A stretch of DNA of 32,957 nt from an uncultured Ruminococcus sp. (GCA_937898375.1 CALEJX010000125.1:1-32957), one strand, 5' to 3'. Shown: positions 18,333-28,051, counted from the first letter of the stretch. Notes: a model not told the origin generated them from the sequence alone. Program-made: numbers and translations.

Positions 18333-18370
18333 ACCATAGGCTTTACGTTTGAGATAAAAAGGAGTTAAAA

Positions 18371-19003
18371 ATGAATATTATTCTTTTAGGCGCTCCCGGT
18401 GCGGGAAAAGGAACTCAGGCTGAGGTTATCTGCAAGGCTCTGAATATTCCTACTATTTCTACAGGTAATATGCTCAGAGCTGCTGTTAAGGCTGGCACTG
18501 AGTACGGTCTCAAGGCTAAGGCTGCTATGGACGCAGGCGACCTTGTATCAGACGATATCGTAATCGGTATCCTCAAGGACAGGATCGCTGAGCCTGACGC
18601 TCAGAACGGTTTCATTCTGGACGGCTTCCCAAGAACAGTTCCTCAGGCTGAGGCACTTGACGCTATGGGCGTTAAGATAGACAAGGTCATCGAGATATAT
18701 GTTCCGGACGAGACTATCCAGCAGAGACTTTCAGGCAGAAGAGTTTGCCTTGACTGTGGCGCTACTTACCACACAGCTTTCAAGCCTTCAAAGGTAGAGG
18801 GTGTGTGCGACGTTTGCGGCAAGCCAATCGTTATCCGTAAGGACGATGAGCCTGCAACAGTTATCAGCAGACTTCAGACATATCACAAATCAACCGCCCC
18901 TCTTAAAGATTATTATGGTAAGCAGGGCAAACTTGTTACTGTTGAGGGACAGGATAAGGTAGAGGACACTTCAAAGCTTGTCCTCGAAGCTGTTAAGGCA
19001 TAG
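18371..19003 (+). CDS. adk: Adenylate kinase
   Basis: [10 protein letters not shown]-loop, LDGFPRT, and a zinc-type LID with CxxC...CxxC. Confidence 0.99.
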   Translation: MNIILLGAPGAGKGTQAEVICKALNIPTISTGNMLRAAVKAGTEYGLKAKAAMDAGDLVSDDIVIGILKDRIAEPDAQNGFILDGFPRTVPQAEALDAMGVKIDKVIEIYVPDETIQQRLSGRRVCLDCGATYHTAFKPSKVEGVCDVCGKPIVIRKDDEPATVISRLQTYHKSTAPLKDYYGKQGKLVTVEGQDKVEDTSKLVLEAVKA

Positions 19004-19020
19004 AATCCGAGGCGTTTTTA

Positions 19021-19767
19021 ATGATTTGCGTTAAATCAAACAAAGAGATCGAGAAAATGCGGAAGGCGGGCGCAATAACCGCCGGAGCATTGATCGCTGC
19101 GGGCGAGGCTATCAGACCGGGTATGACTACCTACGAGCTTGATAAAGTCGTTCACAGATATATCACTTCTCATGGTGCAAAGCCAAGCTTTCTTGGCTAC
19201 GGCGGATTTCCAGGCTCAGCCTGCATTTCCGTCAACGATGAGATAATCCATGGTATCCCCGGTCCACGCAAGCTTTGCGAGGGCGACATCGTTTCAGTAG
19301 ACGTTGGTGCTTATATCGACGGCTATCACGGAGATTCCTGCAAGACCTTTGCTGTAGGCAAGATTTCCCCTGAGGCAGAGGCTCTGATGAAGTCCACCGA
19401 AGAAAGTCTGTATCTTGCAATAGATATGGTAAAGCCTGGTGTTAGACTTGGCGACTTGGGTGCGGCTATTCAGAAATACAATGAGGACAACGGCTACTCC
19501 GTTGTAAGACAGTTCGTAGGTCATGGTGTGGGCAAAAAACTTCACGAAGATCCTGAAGTTCCGAACTATGGCAAGGCTGGTCACGGCATCAGACTTGTGG
19601 CAGGCATGGTAATAGCTATAGAGCCTATGATAAACATGGGTACAGCTGATATCAAGACAATGCCTGACGGCTGGACTGTCAAGACAAAAGACGGCAAGTG
19701 GGCGGCTCATTTTGAGCATACAATCGCAGTTACTCCTGACGGGGCAGTTATTCTGACCAAAGTATGA
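19021..19767 (+). CDS. map: Methionine aminopeptidase type I
   Basis: CISVNDEIIHGIP, GHGVG...HEDP, AIEPM and AHFEHT motifs. Confidence 0.98.
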   Translation: MICVKSNKEIEKMRKAGAITAGALIAAGEAIRPGMTTYELDKVVHRYITSHGAKPSFLGYGGFPGSACISVNDEIIHGIPGPRKLCEGDIVSVDVGAYIDGYHGDSCKTFAVGKISPEAEALMKSTEESLYLAIDMVKPGVRLGDLGAAIQKYNEDNGYSVVRQFVGHGVGKKLHEDPEVPNYGKAGHGIRLVAGMVIAIEPMINMGTADIKTMPDGWTVKTKDGKWAAHFEHTIAVTPDGAVILTKV

Positions 19768-20063
19768 CGGAGAAAAGCGTTGTAGATATACCGATCGGTT
19801 CAGTGGTGCTTGCGAACGCAGGCCGTGATAAGGGCAGATATTTTGTTGCGGTAGCTGCCAGCGGCGGTTTTGTGTATATCGCAGACGGCAAGGAGCGCAA
19901 GCTTCAAAAGCCAAAGCGCAAAAACATGAAACACATTTCACCTGCGGGCGTTATCATCAGCACTGATGAGCTGACAAACAGGAAATTAAGACGGCTGATA
20001 CAAGGTTTTGACCCAAACCATGTTACAGCAGACCAAAACCTTTTAGATGGGGAGGTTTTTTAA
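19764..20063 (+). CDS. KOW-domain RNA-binding protein (L14e-like)
   Basis: AGRDKG...[19 protein letters not shown], at the conserved position between map and infA. Confidence 0.9.
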   Translation: MTEKSVVDIPIGSVVLANAGRDKGRYFVAVAASGGFVYIADGKERKLQKPKRKNMKHISPAGVIISTDELTNRKLRRLIQGFDPNHVTADQNLLDGEVF

Positions 20064-20281
20064 TGTCAAAGGAAGACGTTATCGAACTTGAGGGAACGGT
20101 AATTGAGGCTAAGCCAAATGCAACGTTTCTGGTAGAACTTTCAAACGGTCATAAAATCCTTGCTCATATTTCGGGTAAGCTGCGTATGAATTATATTCGT
20201 ATCGTGCCCGGAGATAAGGTAACGGTCGAAATGTCACCGTATGACTTGACAAAGGGAAGAATCACATGGAGAGCTAAGTAA
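20063..20281 (+). CDS. infA: Translation initiation factor IF-1
   Basis: [14 protein letters not shown] and [10 protein letters not shown] motifs. Confidence 0.99.
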   Translation: MSKEDVIELEGTVIEAKPNATFLVELSNGHKILAHISGKLRMNYIRIVPGDKVTVEMSPYDLTKGRITWRAK

Positions 20282-20299
20282 GCTTTCCCATAAGTTTAA

Positions 20300-20455
<156 letters not shown>

Positions 20456-20484
20456 CAAACCAATAATGGAGGTGCAGCTAAATA

Positions 20485-20853
20485 ATGGCTCGTATTGCTG
20501 GTATCGACCTGCCAAAGGATAAGAGAATTGAAATTGCTCTTACTTATATCTATGGTATAGGTCAGAAAACTGCTACTAAGATTCTTAATGAAACAGGCGT
20601 AAATCCTGACACAAGAGTTAAGGATATGTCTGAGGACGATGTAGCTAAATTGCGTGAATATATTGACCATAACATCACTGTTGAGGGTGACCTCAGAAGA
20701 AATGTTGCGCTCAATATCAAGAGATTGACAGAAATCGGTTGTTATCGTGGTCTTCGTCACAGAAGAGGTCTCCCAGTTAGAGGTCAGAGAACAAAGACCA
20801 ATGCAAGAACTCGTAAGGGTCCTGTAAAGACAATCGCTAATAAGAAGAAGTAA
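20485..20853 (+). CDS. rpsM: 30S ribosomal protein S13
   Basis: [10 protein letters not shown] and [17 protein letters not shown] motifs. Confidence 0.99.
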   Translation: MARIAGIDLPKDKRIEIALTYIYGIGQKTATKILNETGVNPDTRVKDMSEDDVAKLREYIDHNITVEGDLRRNVALNIKRLTEIGCYRGLRHRRGLPVRGQRTKTNARTRKGPVKTIANKKK

Positions 20854-20867
20854 GGAGGGTGTGAACA

Positions 20868-21266
20868 ATGGCTCAGGCTAAGAAGAAGACTACTATTCGT
20901 CGTCGTCGTGAAAGAAAGAACATTGAACAGGGACAGGTTCATATCCAGTCTACTTTTAACAACACTATCGTAACTATTACAGATATGCAGGGCAATGCTA
21001 TTTCTTGGGCATCTGCCGGCGGACTCGGCTTCAGAGGTTCTAAGAAGTCTACTCCATTCGCTGCTCAGACAGCTGCTGAAACTGCTGCAAGAGCTGCTAA
21101 GGAGCATGGCCTTAAGACAGTTGAAGTTTTTGTAAAGGGACCTGGTGCTGGCCGTGAGGCTGCAATCAGAGCTTTGCAGTCTGAGGATCTTGAAGTTAGA
21201 CTTATCAAGGATGTAACTCCGATCCCTCACAATGGATGCCGTCCTCCAAAGAGAAGACGTGTATAG
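20868..21266 (+). CDS. rpsK: 30S ribosomal protein S11
   Basis: STFNNTIV and [18 protein letters not shown] motifs. Confidence 0.99.
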   Translation: MAQAKKKTTIRRRRERKNIEQGQVHIQSTFNNTIVTITDMQGNAISWASAGGLGFRGSKKSTPFAAQTAAETAARAAKEHGLKTVEVFVKGPGAGREAAIRALQSEDLEVRLIKDVTPIPHNGCRPPKRRRV

Positions 21267-21358
21267 TTTATAAGACAATTTGAGTTTGTAGTTTACTCAA
21301 AGTCGGGTAAGCAATTCGGCTAAGACCCGATAACATTTAGAAAACGGAGGTATTTACT

Positions 21359-21958
21359 ATGGCAGTAAATAGAGAACCAATACTCAAGAGATGTAAATCT
21401 CTCGGAATCAGCCCAGCAGTTATGGGTGTTAATAAGGAAGAAACAAAGCGTAATTCCAACGATAACAAGAGAAAGAAAGTTTCAGAATACGGTATGCAGC
21501 TCAAGGAAAAGCAGAAGCTCAAGTTCATCTACGGCGTTCTTGAGAAGCAGTTCCGTCACTTGTTCGAGCTTGCTGAGAAAATGGAGGGTCAGGCTGGTGC
21601 TAACCTCATTACTCTTCTCGAGTCAAGACTTGACAACGTTGTATACAGAATGGGTCTTTCAATGACAAGAAGAGAGGCTCGTCAGCTCGTTGTTCACGGT
21701 CATTATCTTGTTAACGGCAAGAGAGTTGACATTCCTTCTTACAGAGTTAAGGAAGGCGACGTTATCTCACTTAAGGAAAACAGCAAGAAGAGCGAGAAGT
21801 TCAAGCAGATCATTGAGGCTAACGCTTCAAAGGCAGCTCCTACATGGCTTGAGGTAAACAAGGACAACCAGACAGCTAAGGTTCTGCGTATGCCTGTTAA
21901 GGACGACCTTGACTATGACATCGAGGAGCACCTCATCGTCGAGTTGTATTCTAAATAA
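21359..21958 (+). CDS. rpsD: 30S ribosomal protein S4
   Basis: SEYGMQLKEKQK, LESRLDNVVYR and ARQLVVHGH motifs. Confidence 0.99.
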   Translation: MAVNREPILKRCKSLGISPAVMGVNKEETKRNSNDNKRKKVSEYGMQLKEKQKLKFIYGVLEKQFRHLFELAEKMEGQAGANLITLLESRLDNVVYRMGLSMTRREARQLVVHGHYLVNGKRVDIPSYRVKEGDVISLKENSKKSEKFKQIIEANASKAAPTWLEVNKDNQTAKVLRMPVKDDLDYDIEEHLIVELYSK

Positions 21959-22089
21959 TGTATTGATAGTGGTTCTCTCGGTATGCACTCTGCATGGGTG
22001 CGTATCGGAGAAATACTTGATATGTTTTTGGAAGTGTATGTGTTATTGATCATATAAAACAATCGAGTTTGAAAACAGGAGGGTCTTAA

Positions 22090-23049
22090 ATGCTTGAAAA
22101 AATAGAAAAGCCTGAAATCGAAACAGCCGAGCTAAAGAGCAACGGAACATACGGCAAGTTTATTCTCGAACCTCTGGAGCGTGGCTATGGTATTACGCTC
22201 GGAAACAGTCTGAGACGTGTACTGCTCTCCTCTTTGCCAGGCGTCGCCGTTACATCGGTAAAGATCGACGGTGTACACCACGAACTATCAACAATTCCCG
22301 GAGTTAAGGAAGATGTTACTGAGATCATTCTTAACCTCAAGGGTTTAACTGCAAAGCTTTACGGCGAGGGTCCTAAAAAGATCTACATTGAAGCCGAAGG
22401 CGAGTGCGTTGTCACTGCCGGCGACATCAAGACAGATTCTGAGGTGGACATTCTTGTTCCTGATATGCACATTGCAACATTGGGACCGGGCGCAAAGCTT
22501 TATATGGAAATTGAGATCGACAGAGGTCGTGGATATGTTTCTGCGGAAAAGAACAAGGCTCTTATGCCTAATGCCCCTATCGGTGTTATTGCAGTAGACA
22601 GTATTTATACGCCTGTATTAAAGGTGAACTTCACGGTGGATAACACCCGTGTTGGACAGATCACCGACTTTGATAAGCTTACACTGGAGGTTTGGACCGA
22701 CGGTACTATCTCCGCTAAGGAAGCTGTATCAATGGCAGCCAAACTCCTCAACGAGCATCTGAATCTCTTTGTTGATCTCTCAGAAGAGACCAACGTTGTA
22801 GAGATGATGGTTGAAAAGGATGAAAAGGGCAAGGAAAAGATCCTTGAGATGACCATTGAGGAACTTGACTTATCTGTGCGTTCATTTAACTGTCTGAAGC
22901 GTGCAGGAATTAACACGGTTAACGATTTGATTGAAAAGTCTGCTGAAGAAATGATGAAGGTCAGAAACCTTGGTAAGAAGTCATTTGACGAGGTAAAGGA
23001 AAAGCTTCATTCATTGGGTTACGACCTTAATTCAGAGGACGATAATTAA
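22090..23049 (+). CDS. rpoA: RNA polymerase alpha subunit
   Basis: [22 protein letters not shown] and [14 protein letters not shown] motifs. Confidence 0.99.
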   Translation: MLEKIEKPEIETAELKSNGTYGKFILEPLERGYGITLGNSLRRVLLSSLPGVAVTSVKIDGVHHELSTIPGVKEDVTEIILNLKGLTAKLYGEGPKKIYIEAEGECVVTAGDIKTDSEVDILVPDMHIATLGPGAKLYMEIEIDRGRGYVSAEKNKALMPNAPIGVIAVDSIYTPVLKVNFTVDNTRVGQITDFDKLTLEVWTDGTISAKEAVSMAAKLLNEHLNLFVDLSEETNVVEMMVEKDEKGKEKILEMTIEELDLSVRSFNCLKRAGINTVNDLIEKSAEEMMKVRNLGKKSFDEVKEKLHSLGYDLNSEDDN

Positions 23050-23067
23050 AGTAAGGAGTGAAAATCT

Positions 23068-23409
23068 ATGCCAGGCACAAGAAAGCTGGGAAGAACTAGC
23101 GACCAGAGAAAAGCAATGCTCAGAGCTATGGTTACTTATCTTCTCGAAAACGGTAAGATTGAAACCACTGTAACAAGAGCTAAGGAAGTTGCTGCTATGA
23201 CTGAGAAAATGATTACTCTCGGCAAGGCAGGCGACCTTCACTCAAAGCGTCAGGTACTTTCTTATGTAACTAAGGAAGACGTAGCTAAGAAGCTGTTTGA
23301 CAACATTGCACCTTCATACGAGGGCAGAAACGGCGGCTATACAAAGATCATCAAGATCGGACCACGTCGTGGCGACGCTGCTGAAATGGCTATCATTCAG
23401 TTGGTTTAA
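23068..23409 (+). CDS. rplQ: 50S ribosomal protein L17
   Basis: [20 protein letters not shown] and RRGDAA motifs. Confidence 0.99.
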   Translation: MPGTRKLGRTSDQRKAMLRAMVTYLLENGKIETTVTRAKEVAAMTEKMITLGKAGDLHSKRQVLSYVTKEDVAKKLFDNIAPSYEGRNGGYTKIIKIGPRRGDAAEMAIIQLV

Positions 23410-23428
23410 TAAATTTTGCATAGCATTC

Positions 23429-23460
23429 AAGGCTGTATCCGTAAGGGTACAGCCTTTTTT
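23429..23460 (+). terminator. Terminator of the alpha operon
   Basis: AAGGCTGTATCC-gtaa-GGGTACAGCCTTTTTT. Confidence 0.9.
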
Positions 23461-23488
23461 ATGTGCTTATTATTTTGTGGCGAATTTG

Positions 23489-23512
23489 CGGGCGAACGCT
23501 GTTCGCCCCTAC
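23489..23512 (-). repeat. GTAG-family REP palindrome
   Basis: Minus strand GTAGGGGCGAAC-agc-GTTCGCCCG, with the same architecture as 6909-6932. Confidence 0.75.
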
Positions 23513-23535
23513 AGGTGGGGTGCGGTGGTTTGTGT

Positions 23536-24408
23536 TTATTTTAGAAGTTCGTTGCCCACAAGGTCAATGAATTTCTTGCCTGCTATGCCGTTTTGTGAAT
23601 AGCCGTGGACTTTGAGGATATTGTTCACGGCTTTTTGAGTGCCAACGCCGAAAATGCCGTTTTTATCAAGGCTGTTGTTGTGCATACCTTTTTTCTTTGC
23701 AAGCATAAGAAGATATTTCAGTGCAAACACGCCGTTGCCCTTATCACCTTTTTTGTAGCCTGTGGTATCTAGGAGCTTTGCGTTGGCAGGGTAAAGGTTA
23801 AGGCACTTTTCTTTCATAATGGCTGGATAGTCTTTGTAGGCATAGTTGCAATCACAGCGGTCTGAAACGCCGTTTACAGAACCTTTGCTTGTATACTGCC
23901 ACATTCCGTAGGTGGATATGGCAGGCTTTGCAACGTCAAAGTGCGCCACCCATATGTCATAGCGGCTTTTCACGGAGTCTGATACCTTGCGCTTGAAAAA
24001 GTCAGCGTAGCTGTAGACAGCCGCATAGTAGCCGTTGTTTTCGAGATAGTCGCAGAACGCCGCTATCATTTTGTTTATGGCGGCGTTTGGAAGCTCGCTT
24101 TGGGAAGCGTCCTCAATATCAAAGGCAAGGGGGTATTCAAACTTTTTGCCTTTTACCACTTCAAGAAAAGTTTTCGCTTCCGCAAGGGCGTCGGCTTCTG
24201 TGAGGGCGTAGGAATACCAGTATGCGCCGATATTCAGACCAGCTTTTCGGGCGGCGGCGTAGTTTTTCTCAAAATTCTCGTCTTTTTGACCGATATACTT
24301 GCCGTAGCCTGCGTTTATCATCACAAAGCTGTAGCCCTGCGACTTTACCTTGTCAAAATCTATTTTCCCCTGCCAATGGGAAACGTCTATGCCTTTAGCT
24401 TTTTCCAT
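23536..24408 (-). CDS. GH25 lysozyme/endolysin with a C-terminal peptidoglycan-binding-like domain
   Basis: GIDVSHWQG, GAYWYSYA, AFDIED (DxE) and MWQYTS motifs. C-terminal KKGDKG...GIFGVGTQKAV...NGIAG. ATG 24408 follows GGAGGTG. No signal peptide. Confidence 0.9.
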   Translation of the reverse strand: MEKAKGIDVSHWQGKIDFDKVKSQGYSFVMINAGYGKYIGQKDENFEKNYAAARKAGLNIGAYWYSYALTEADALAEAKTFLEVVKGKKFEYPLAFDIEDASQSELPNAAINKMIAAFCDYLENNGYYAAVYSYADFFKRKVSDSVKSRYDIWVAHFDVAKPAISTYGMWQYTSKGSVNGVSDRCDCNYAYKDYPAIMKEKCLNLYPANAKLLDTTGYKKGDKGNGVFALKYLLMLAKKKGMHNNSLDKNGIFGVGTQKAVNNILKVHGYSQNGIAGKKFIDLVGNELLK

Positions 24409-24592
24409 TGCCGTCACCTCCCGATTTTTTTGCCGTTTGTACGCCGAAGTAGAATGATATCACCACGGTGAAAACTGTGATGAACTGCTCACCGCTGATT
24501 ATCCTTTTCAGCGTGAGAATACAGAACACGCTTGTCATAAGCAACGTGACAAGCGATTTTACGTCAATGAGCTTTGCAATTCTTTCTTTCAT
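24395..24592 (-). CDS. Holin-like small membrane protein
   Basis: 65 aa, two hydrophobic segments, ISFYFG-x-Q followed by a charged tail. Overlaps the lysin start. Confidence 0.75.
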   Translation of the reverse strand: MKERIAKLIDVKSLVTLLMTSVFCILTLKRIISGEQFITVFTVVISFYFGVQTAKKSGGDGNGKS

Positions 24593-24822
24593 GAATATCT
24601 CTCCCTTTCCATGTCTGTTATCTTTTGTTCCGCCGCCGCCATTCTTGATATGAGTGCATTATGCTCGGATACTGTCTGTTCCAGCTTATCTATTCTATAT
24701 ATAATAAGCCGCTCGGTGGCTTCCTGTGACTTTTTGTTTTCTTTAGCTCCCGAACGAGCTATTATAAGCTGACAGGCTATGCTTGCGGTCGCCGCTATGA
24801 ATGCCGCTATTACTGCTTCCAT
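24589..24822 (-). CDS. Phage-type single-TM coiled-coil protein (holin-associated)
   Basis: N-terminal TM segment then LIIYRIDKLEQTVSEHN, typical of the gene preceding holins in Firmicute phage lysis modules. ATG 24822 follows AGGAGGTG. Confidence 0.7.
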   Translation of the reverse strand: MEAVIAAFIAATASIACQLIIARSGAKENKKSQEATERLIIYRIDKLEQTVSEHNALISRMAAAEQKITDMERERYS

Positions 24823-24997
24823 GTTTTTCACCTCCTACTTATCCCGAAAAAGAGGTGTTTTGTTGCATAAAAAATGCAACAATTGCAGAATTGTTGCCAA
24901 ATTAAAATATAAATCATTTGTTTGCACAGTTTTGATACGACACTTTTGTGCATTGGTCACATACTTTCATGAACAGAAAAGATATTTGTTAAGGCGC

Positions 24998-25036
24998 AAA
25001 AAACCACGGCTGAGGGTATGTTCAGCCGTGGTTTTT
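24998..25036. terminator. Bidirectional-type terminator after the pspC-domain gene
   Basis: AAAAAACCACGGCTGA...TCAGCCGTGGTTTTT. Confidence 0.85.
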
Positions 25037-25051
25037 GTCTTTAGTATGGTC

Positions 25052-25234
25052 TTATTTCTCAGGCAGAAGCACCGACGCCGCAATATATGCGATAACTCCT
25101 GCGCCGCCTGCACAGCCTATAAGCACTGCGCAGATACGGACTATGTTCACGTCAATATTGAAATACTCCGCAAGTCCTGCACACACGCCGGAAATTATCC
25201 TGCCTTCTCTTAATTTGTAAAGTTGTTTTGCCAT
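25052..25234 (-). CDS. PspC-domain membrane protein
   Basis: LYKLREGRIISGVCAGLAEYFNIDVNIVRI...AYIAASVLLPE. ATG 25234 follows AGGAGTG. Confidence 0.93.
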   Translation of the reverse strand: MAKQLYKLREGRIISGVCAGLAEYFNIDVNIVRICAVLIGCAGGAGVIAYIAASVLLPEK

Positions 25235-25245
25235 TTCTATCACTC

Positions 25246-26070
25246 CTATCTGAAATTAAGCGAAATTTCGCCTATACCGTTGTCAATGTCAAGTTTTATT
25301 TTGTAAGAAAGTTCGCTTTCTTCTGTTGTGCTGTTTATTTTCACTTTGCTGTCTGATTTTATCTTATAGTCGTTTTTACAGCCGTCGATATCAAATTTTA
25401 TACTGCCTATGCCGCCGTCTATCTCAGCGTCGCCGAGAAGCTTTCCTGCAAAGTCTGTTTCGCCTACCCCGCAGTCAAAGTCTGAGTAATTGAAAGTGCA
25501 GTCTTTGAAAACTGTTTTTCCTACTCCAAGGTCAAAGTCGGCTTCATCTGTGCAGGTTACGTTTATGACCTCTGAGCTTCCTGCACCGAAATCTATGTCG
25601 AGGTTTTCACAGGTCAGGTCTGAAAGCTTCATTTGTCCTGCGCCTGCGTCTATCTTTACTGTGTCAAACGCTTTTTCCGGAAGCTCTATAGTCAGCTTAG
25701 GCTGACTTCCGTCAAAGGAGATATATCCGCCTTTAAGGTGTAAAAGGCTGTCGGCGGTCTTGACTTGAAGCTTGCCGTTTGATGATGAGAAATTCAGCTT
25801 CTCAGGGAGATTTTCTCCTGTGATGTGGATATTTTCGTCACTGCTCTTTTTGATATCGAGCTTGCCTGCAGAGAAGTCAATGTCGATATTCTCTATGTTC
25901 GCTGATTCAAACTTCTCGTTGTAGGAATAACGCTTGCCAAGGCTTTTTGTGTTTGTGACCTGAATAAGCACCACGCCTAAAATGAAAAGCACTATGCCGA
26001 TAATAAATATCGTCAGGAAAAATGGGAAGCGTCTGCGTTTTACGTCACCTGTGTTATCATATTTTACCAT
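25246..26070 (-). CDS. DUF4097 (Toastrack) beta-strand-repeat protein
   Basis: N-terminal TM segment and repeated IDxGAG / DxGVG beta motifs. Confidence 0.85.
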   Translation of the reverse strand: MVKYDNTGDVKRRRFPFFLTIFIIGIVLFILGVVLIQVTNTKSLGKRYSYNEKFESANIENIDIDFSAGKLDIKKSSDENIHITGENLPEKLNFSSSNGKLQVKTADSLLHLKGGYISFDGSQPKLTIELPEKAFDTVKIDAGAGQMKLSDLTCENLDIDFGAGSSEVINVTCTDEADFDLGVGKTVFKDCTFNYSDFDCGVGETDFAGKLLGDAEIDGGIGSIKFDIDGCKNDYKIKSDSKVKINSTTEESELSYKIKLDIDNGIGEISLNFR

Positions 26071-26699
26071 TATGCCACCGCCTTTGAGCTTACAAACTTA
26101 TGGACAAAGTTCGTGAATTTGTTGAAAAGGCTTACACAGCCATGCCATATTCCTTTTGTGATAGGCACTATTATCATGCCGCCAAGTCCGATACAGATAA
26201 GTCCTGCGCCAATGAGGGCAATGCCTGCGGGGTAGACCGTGAAAAGCGTGATGATGCCGCCTATTGTAAGGGAGAAACCTGTTGCGAACACTGCGATTAT
26301 AATGCTCAGAAGTGCGCAAAGTATTGCTAATGCCACTGCGGCAAGTGCGCACATAAGGCTGAACCATATTGGGCTTGTGATGATGATAATAAGAAGCTTT
26401 GTAAGAGAATTGCTGTTCTGTGGCGCATTACTGTCTGTAGAATGAGCCTGTGAGGGGTCAGCGGCGGCTTCCATTTGGAACACCGAGTCGCCCTGTGGGT
26501 GTATACCGCTGTCTTGCAAAATTTTGTTGGCAAGCTCTTCGGGCGTACCTAGGTTTTCGGCGGTCTTGGCTTCATGCTCTACCCCTGCGTCAAGGAAGAT
26601 CTCCTCATAAAACCTCATTGCGTCATTTATTTCTTCTGCGGCAAGTCCGCCGTCTTCAAGCCGTCTGCGCAATTCGGTAAGATACTCAAGTCTGTTCAT
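26070..26699 (-). CDS. DUF1700 (HAAS domain) membrane protein
   Basis: MNRLEYLTELRRRL...FYEEIFLDA...LGTPEELA followed by TM segments. Confidence 0.9.
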   Translation of the reverse strand: MNRLEYLTELRRRLEDGGLAAEEINDAMRFYEEIFLDAGVEHEAKTAENLGTPEELANKILQDSGIHPQGDSVFQMEAAADPSQAHSTDSNAPQNSNSLTKLLIIIITSPIWFSLMCALAAVALAILCALLSIIIAVFATGFSLTIGGIITLFTVYPAGIALIGAGLICIGLGGMIIVPITKGIWHGCVSLFNKFTNFVHKFVSSKAVA

Positions 26700-27019
26700 G
26701 TATTTTCTCCACCTTTTTCTAATAATATACTGTCTACCATATTCTTATGCTTTTTCCACTCTCTGCGGTATCCTTCAAGCGCCGCTTCGCCCTTTGGGGT
26801 AACGTGATAATAACGCCTGTTCCTGCCCATATATTCCTTATCGTATGTTTCAAGCAACTCGTTTTTTTGAAGCCGTCTTAACACAGGATACAAGGTGGAT
26901 TCTGACACGTCCACCGCACTGCGTATGAACTGCGTTATCTCATATCCATAGGTATCTTCTCTGTCTACCACCGACAGGACCATGGAATCAAGCAGTCCTG
27001 CACTTATTGAAAAGCCCAT
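26696..27019 (-). CDS. PadR-family transcriptional regulator
   Basis: TYGYEI, SESTLYPVLRRL and GRNRRYY-x2-T-x2-G motifs. Confidence 0.95.
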   Translation of the reverse strand: MGFSISAGLLDSMVLSVVDREDTYGYEITQFIRSAVDVSESTLYPVLRRLQKNELLETYDKEYMGRNRRYYHVTPKGEAALEGYRREWKKHKNMVDSILLEKGGENT

Positions 27020-27092
27020 TTACTCTCTCCTCTCCAAAGTCAACGCCATTAAATAATGCTATATGACTTTATAATACTATATCGTTGCATAT

Positions 27093-27121
27093 ATTATACG
27101 TCATATAATATTATTTGTCAA
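27093..27121 (-). promoter_or_regulatory. Consensus sigma-A promoter of the padR operon, overlapped by a palindromic operator
   Basis: Minus strand TTGACA-17 nt-TATAAT. Palindrome ATATTATA-N5-TATAATAT at 27091-27111. Confidence 0.8.
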
Positions 27122-27196
27122 GGGGTAAAATCAAATTTTTTGTTGTGTTGACTTTATAAAAGGCGGTAATATGTCATTGTTTGTTGAAAATTCCTA

Positions 27197-27224
27197 TTGA
27201 TTTTATATACTTTTGTGGTATAAT
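27197..27224 (+). promoter_or_regulatory. Sigma-A promoter of the suf operon
   Basis: TTGATT-16 nt-(TGg)TATAAT. Confidence 0.7.
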
Positions 27225-27310
27225 ATCTATTAGGAACATCTAACTCATGACGACCTATGTCATGACGTTTTACAAAGCCTTACAAGGCGATAGAGGAAAG
27301 GACACTGATT

Positions 27311-28051
27311 ATGAAAAACAATAGTTTATTGAAGATAACGGGACTTCATGTGAGCGTTGGGGATAAGGAAATTCTCCACGGCGTTGACCTGACAGTGAAC
27401 AATGATGAAACTCACGTTCTTATGGGTCCTAACGGCACAGGTAAATCTACGCTGGGTTATGCTATAACAGGCAACCCTGCTTACACTGTAACAGAGGGCG
27501 ACATTGTCTTCGGCGGCGAGAGCATTGTTGATATGCCTGTGAACGAGCGTGCGAAAAAGGGTATTTTCCTGTCGTTCCAAAATCCATTGGAAGTGCCGGG
27601 CGTGACCCTGAGTTCATTTATAAGAAGCGCTTTGGAGCAGAAAACTAAGACACGTCTTAGACTTTGGGATTTTAAGAAAAAGCTTGCGGAGACAATGAAG
27701 CTTCTTGACATGGACGAGTCTTATGCTGACAGAGATCTCAACGTGGGATTTTCTGGTGGTGAAAAGAAAAAGGCTGAGATACTGCAAATGCTTATGCTCG
27801 AGCCGAAACTTGCTATACTCGATGAGACAGATTCGGGTCTTGACGTTGACGCAGTAAGGACAGTTTCACAGGGCGTAAAGCTTTACAGAGAGCGTGTTCA
27901 CGGCTCGTTGCTCATTATAACACACAGCACAAGGATATTGGAGGCTCTGACAGTTGACGCCGCTCATGTTATGGAAAACGGCGTTATCGTTAAAAACGGC
28001 GGTGCAGAGCTTGTGGAAAAGATAAACGAAAAGGGCTTTTCGGCTATCTAA
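27311..28051 (+). CDS. sufC: Fe-S cluster assembly ATPase SufC
   Basis: MGPNGTGKST, GFSGGEKKK and ILDETDSGLDVDA motifs. Confidence 0.97.
   Translation: MKNNSLLKITGLHVSVGDKEILHGVDLTVNNDETHVLMGPNGTGKSTLGYAITGNPAYTVTEGDIVFGGESIVDMPVNERAKKGIFLSFQNPLEVPGVTLSSFIRSALEQKTKTRLRLWDFKKKLAETMKLLDMDESYADRDLNVGFSGGEKKKAEILQMLMLEPKLAILDETDSGLDVDAVRTVSQGVKLYRERVHGSLLIITHSTRILEALTVDAAHVMENGVIVKNGGAELVEKINEKGFSAI

Noticed and set aside
24779..25213. 144-aa plus-strand ORF and a SigK-like promoter pattern near 24940-24967
   Set aside because: The ORF crosses a terminator and is antisense to real genes. The promoter pattern is degenerate and points away from the lysis genes.
23536..27019. Prophage or mobile element call for the minus-strand block
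   Set aside because: No integrase, capsid, tail or replication genes, and no att repeats.
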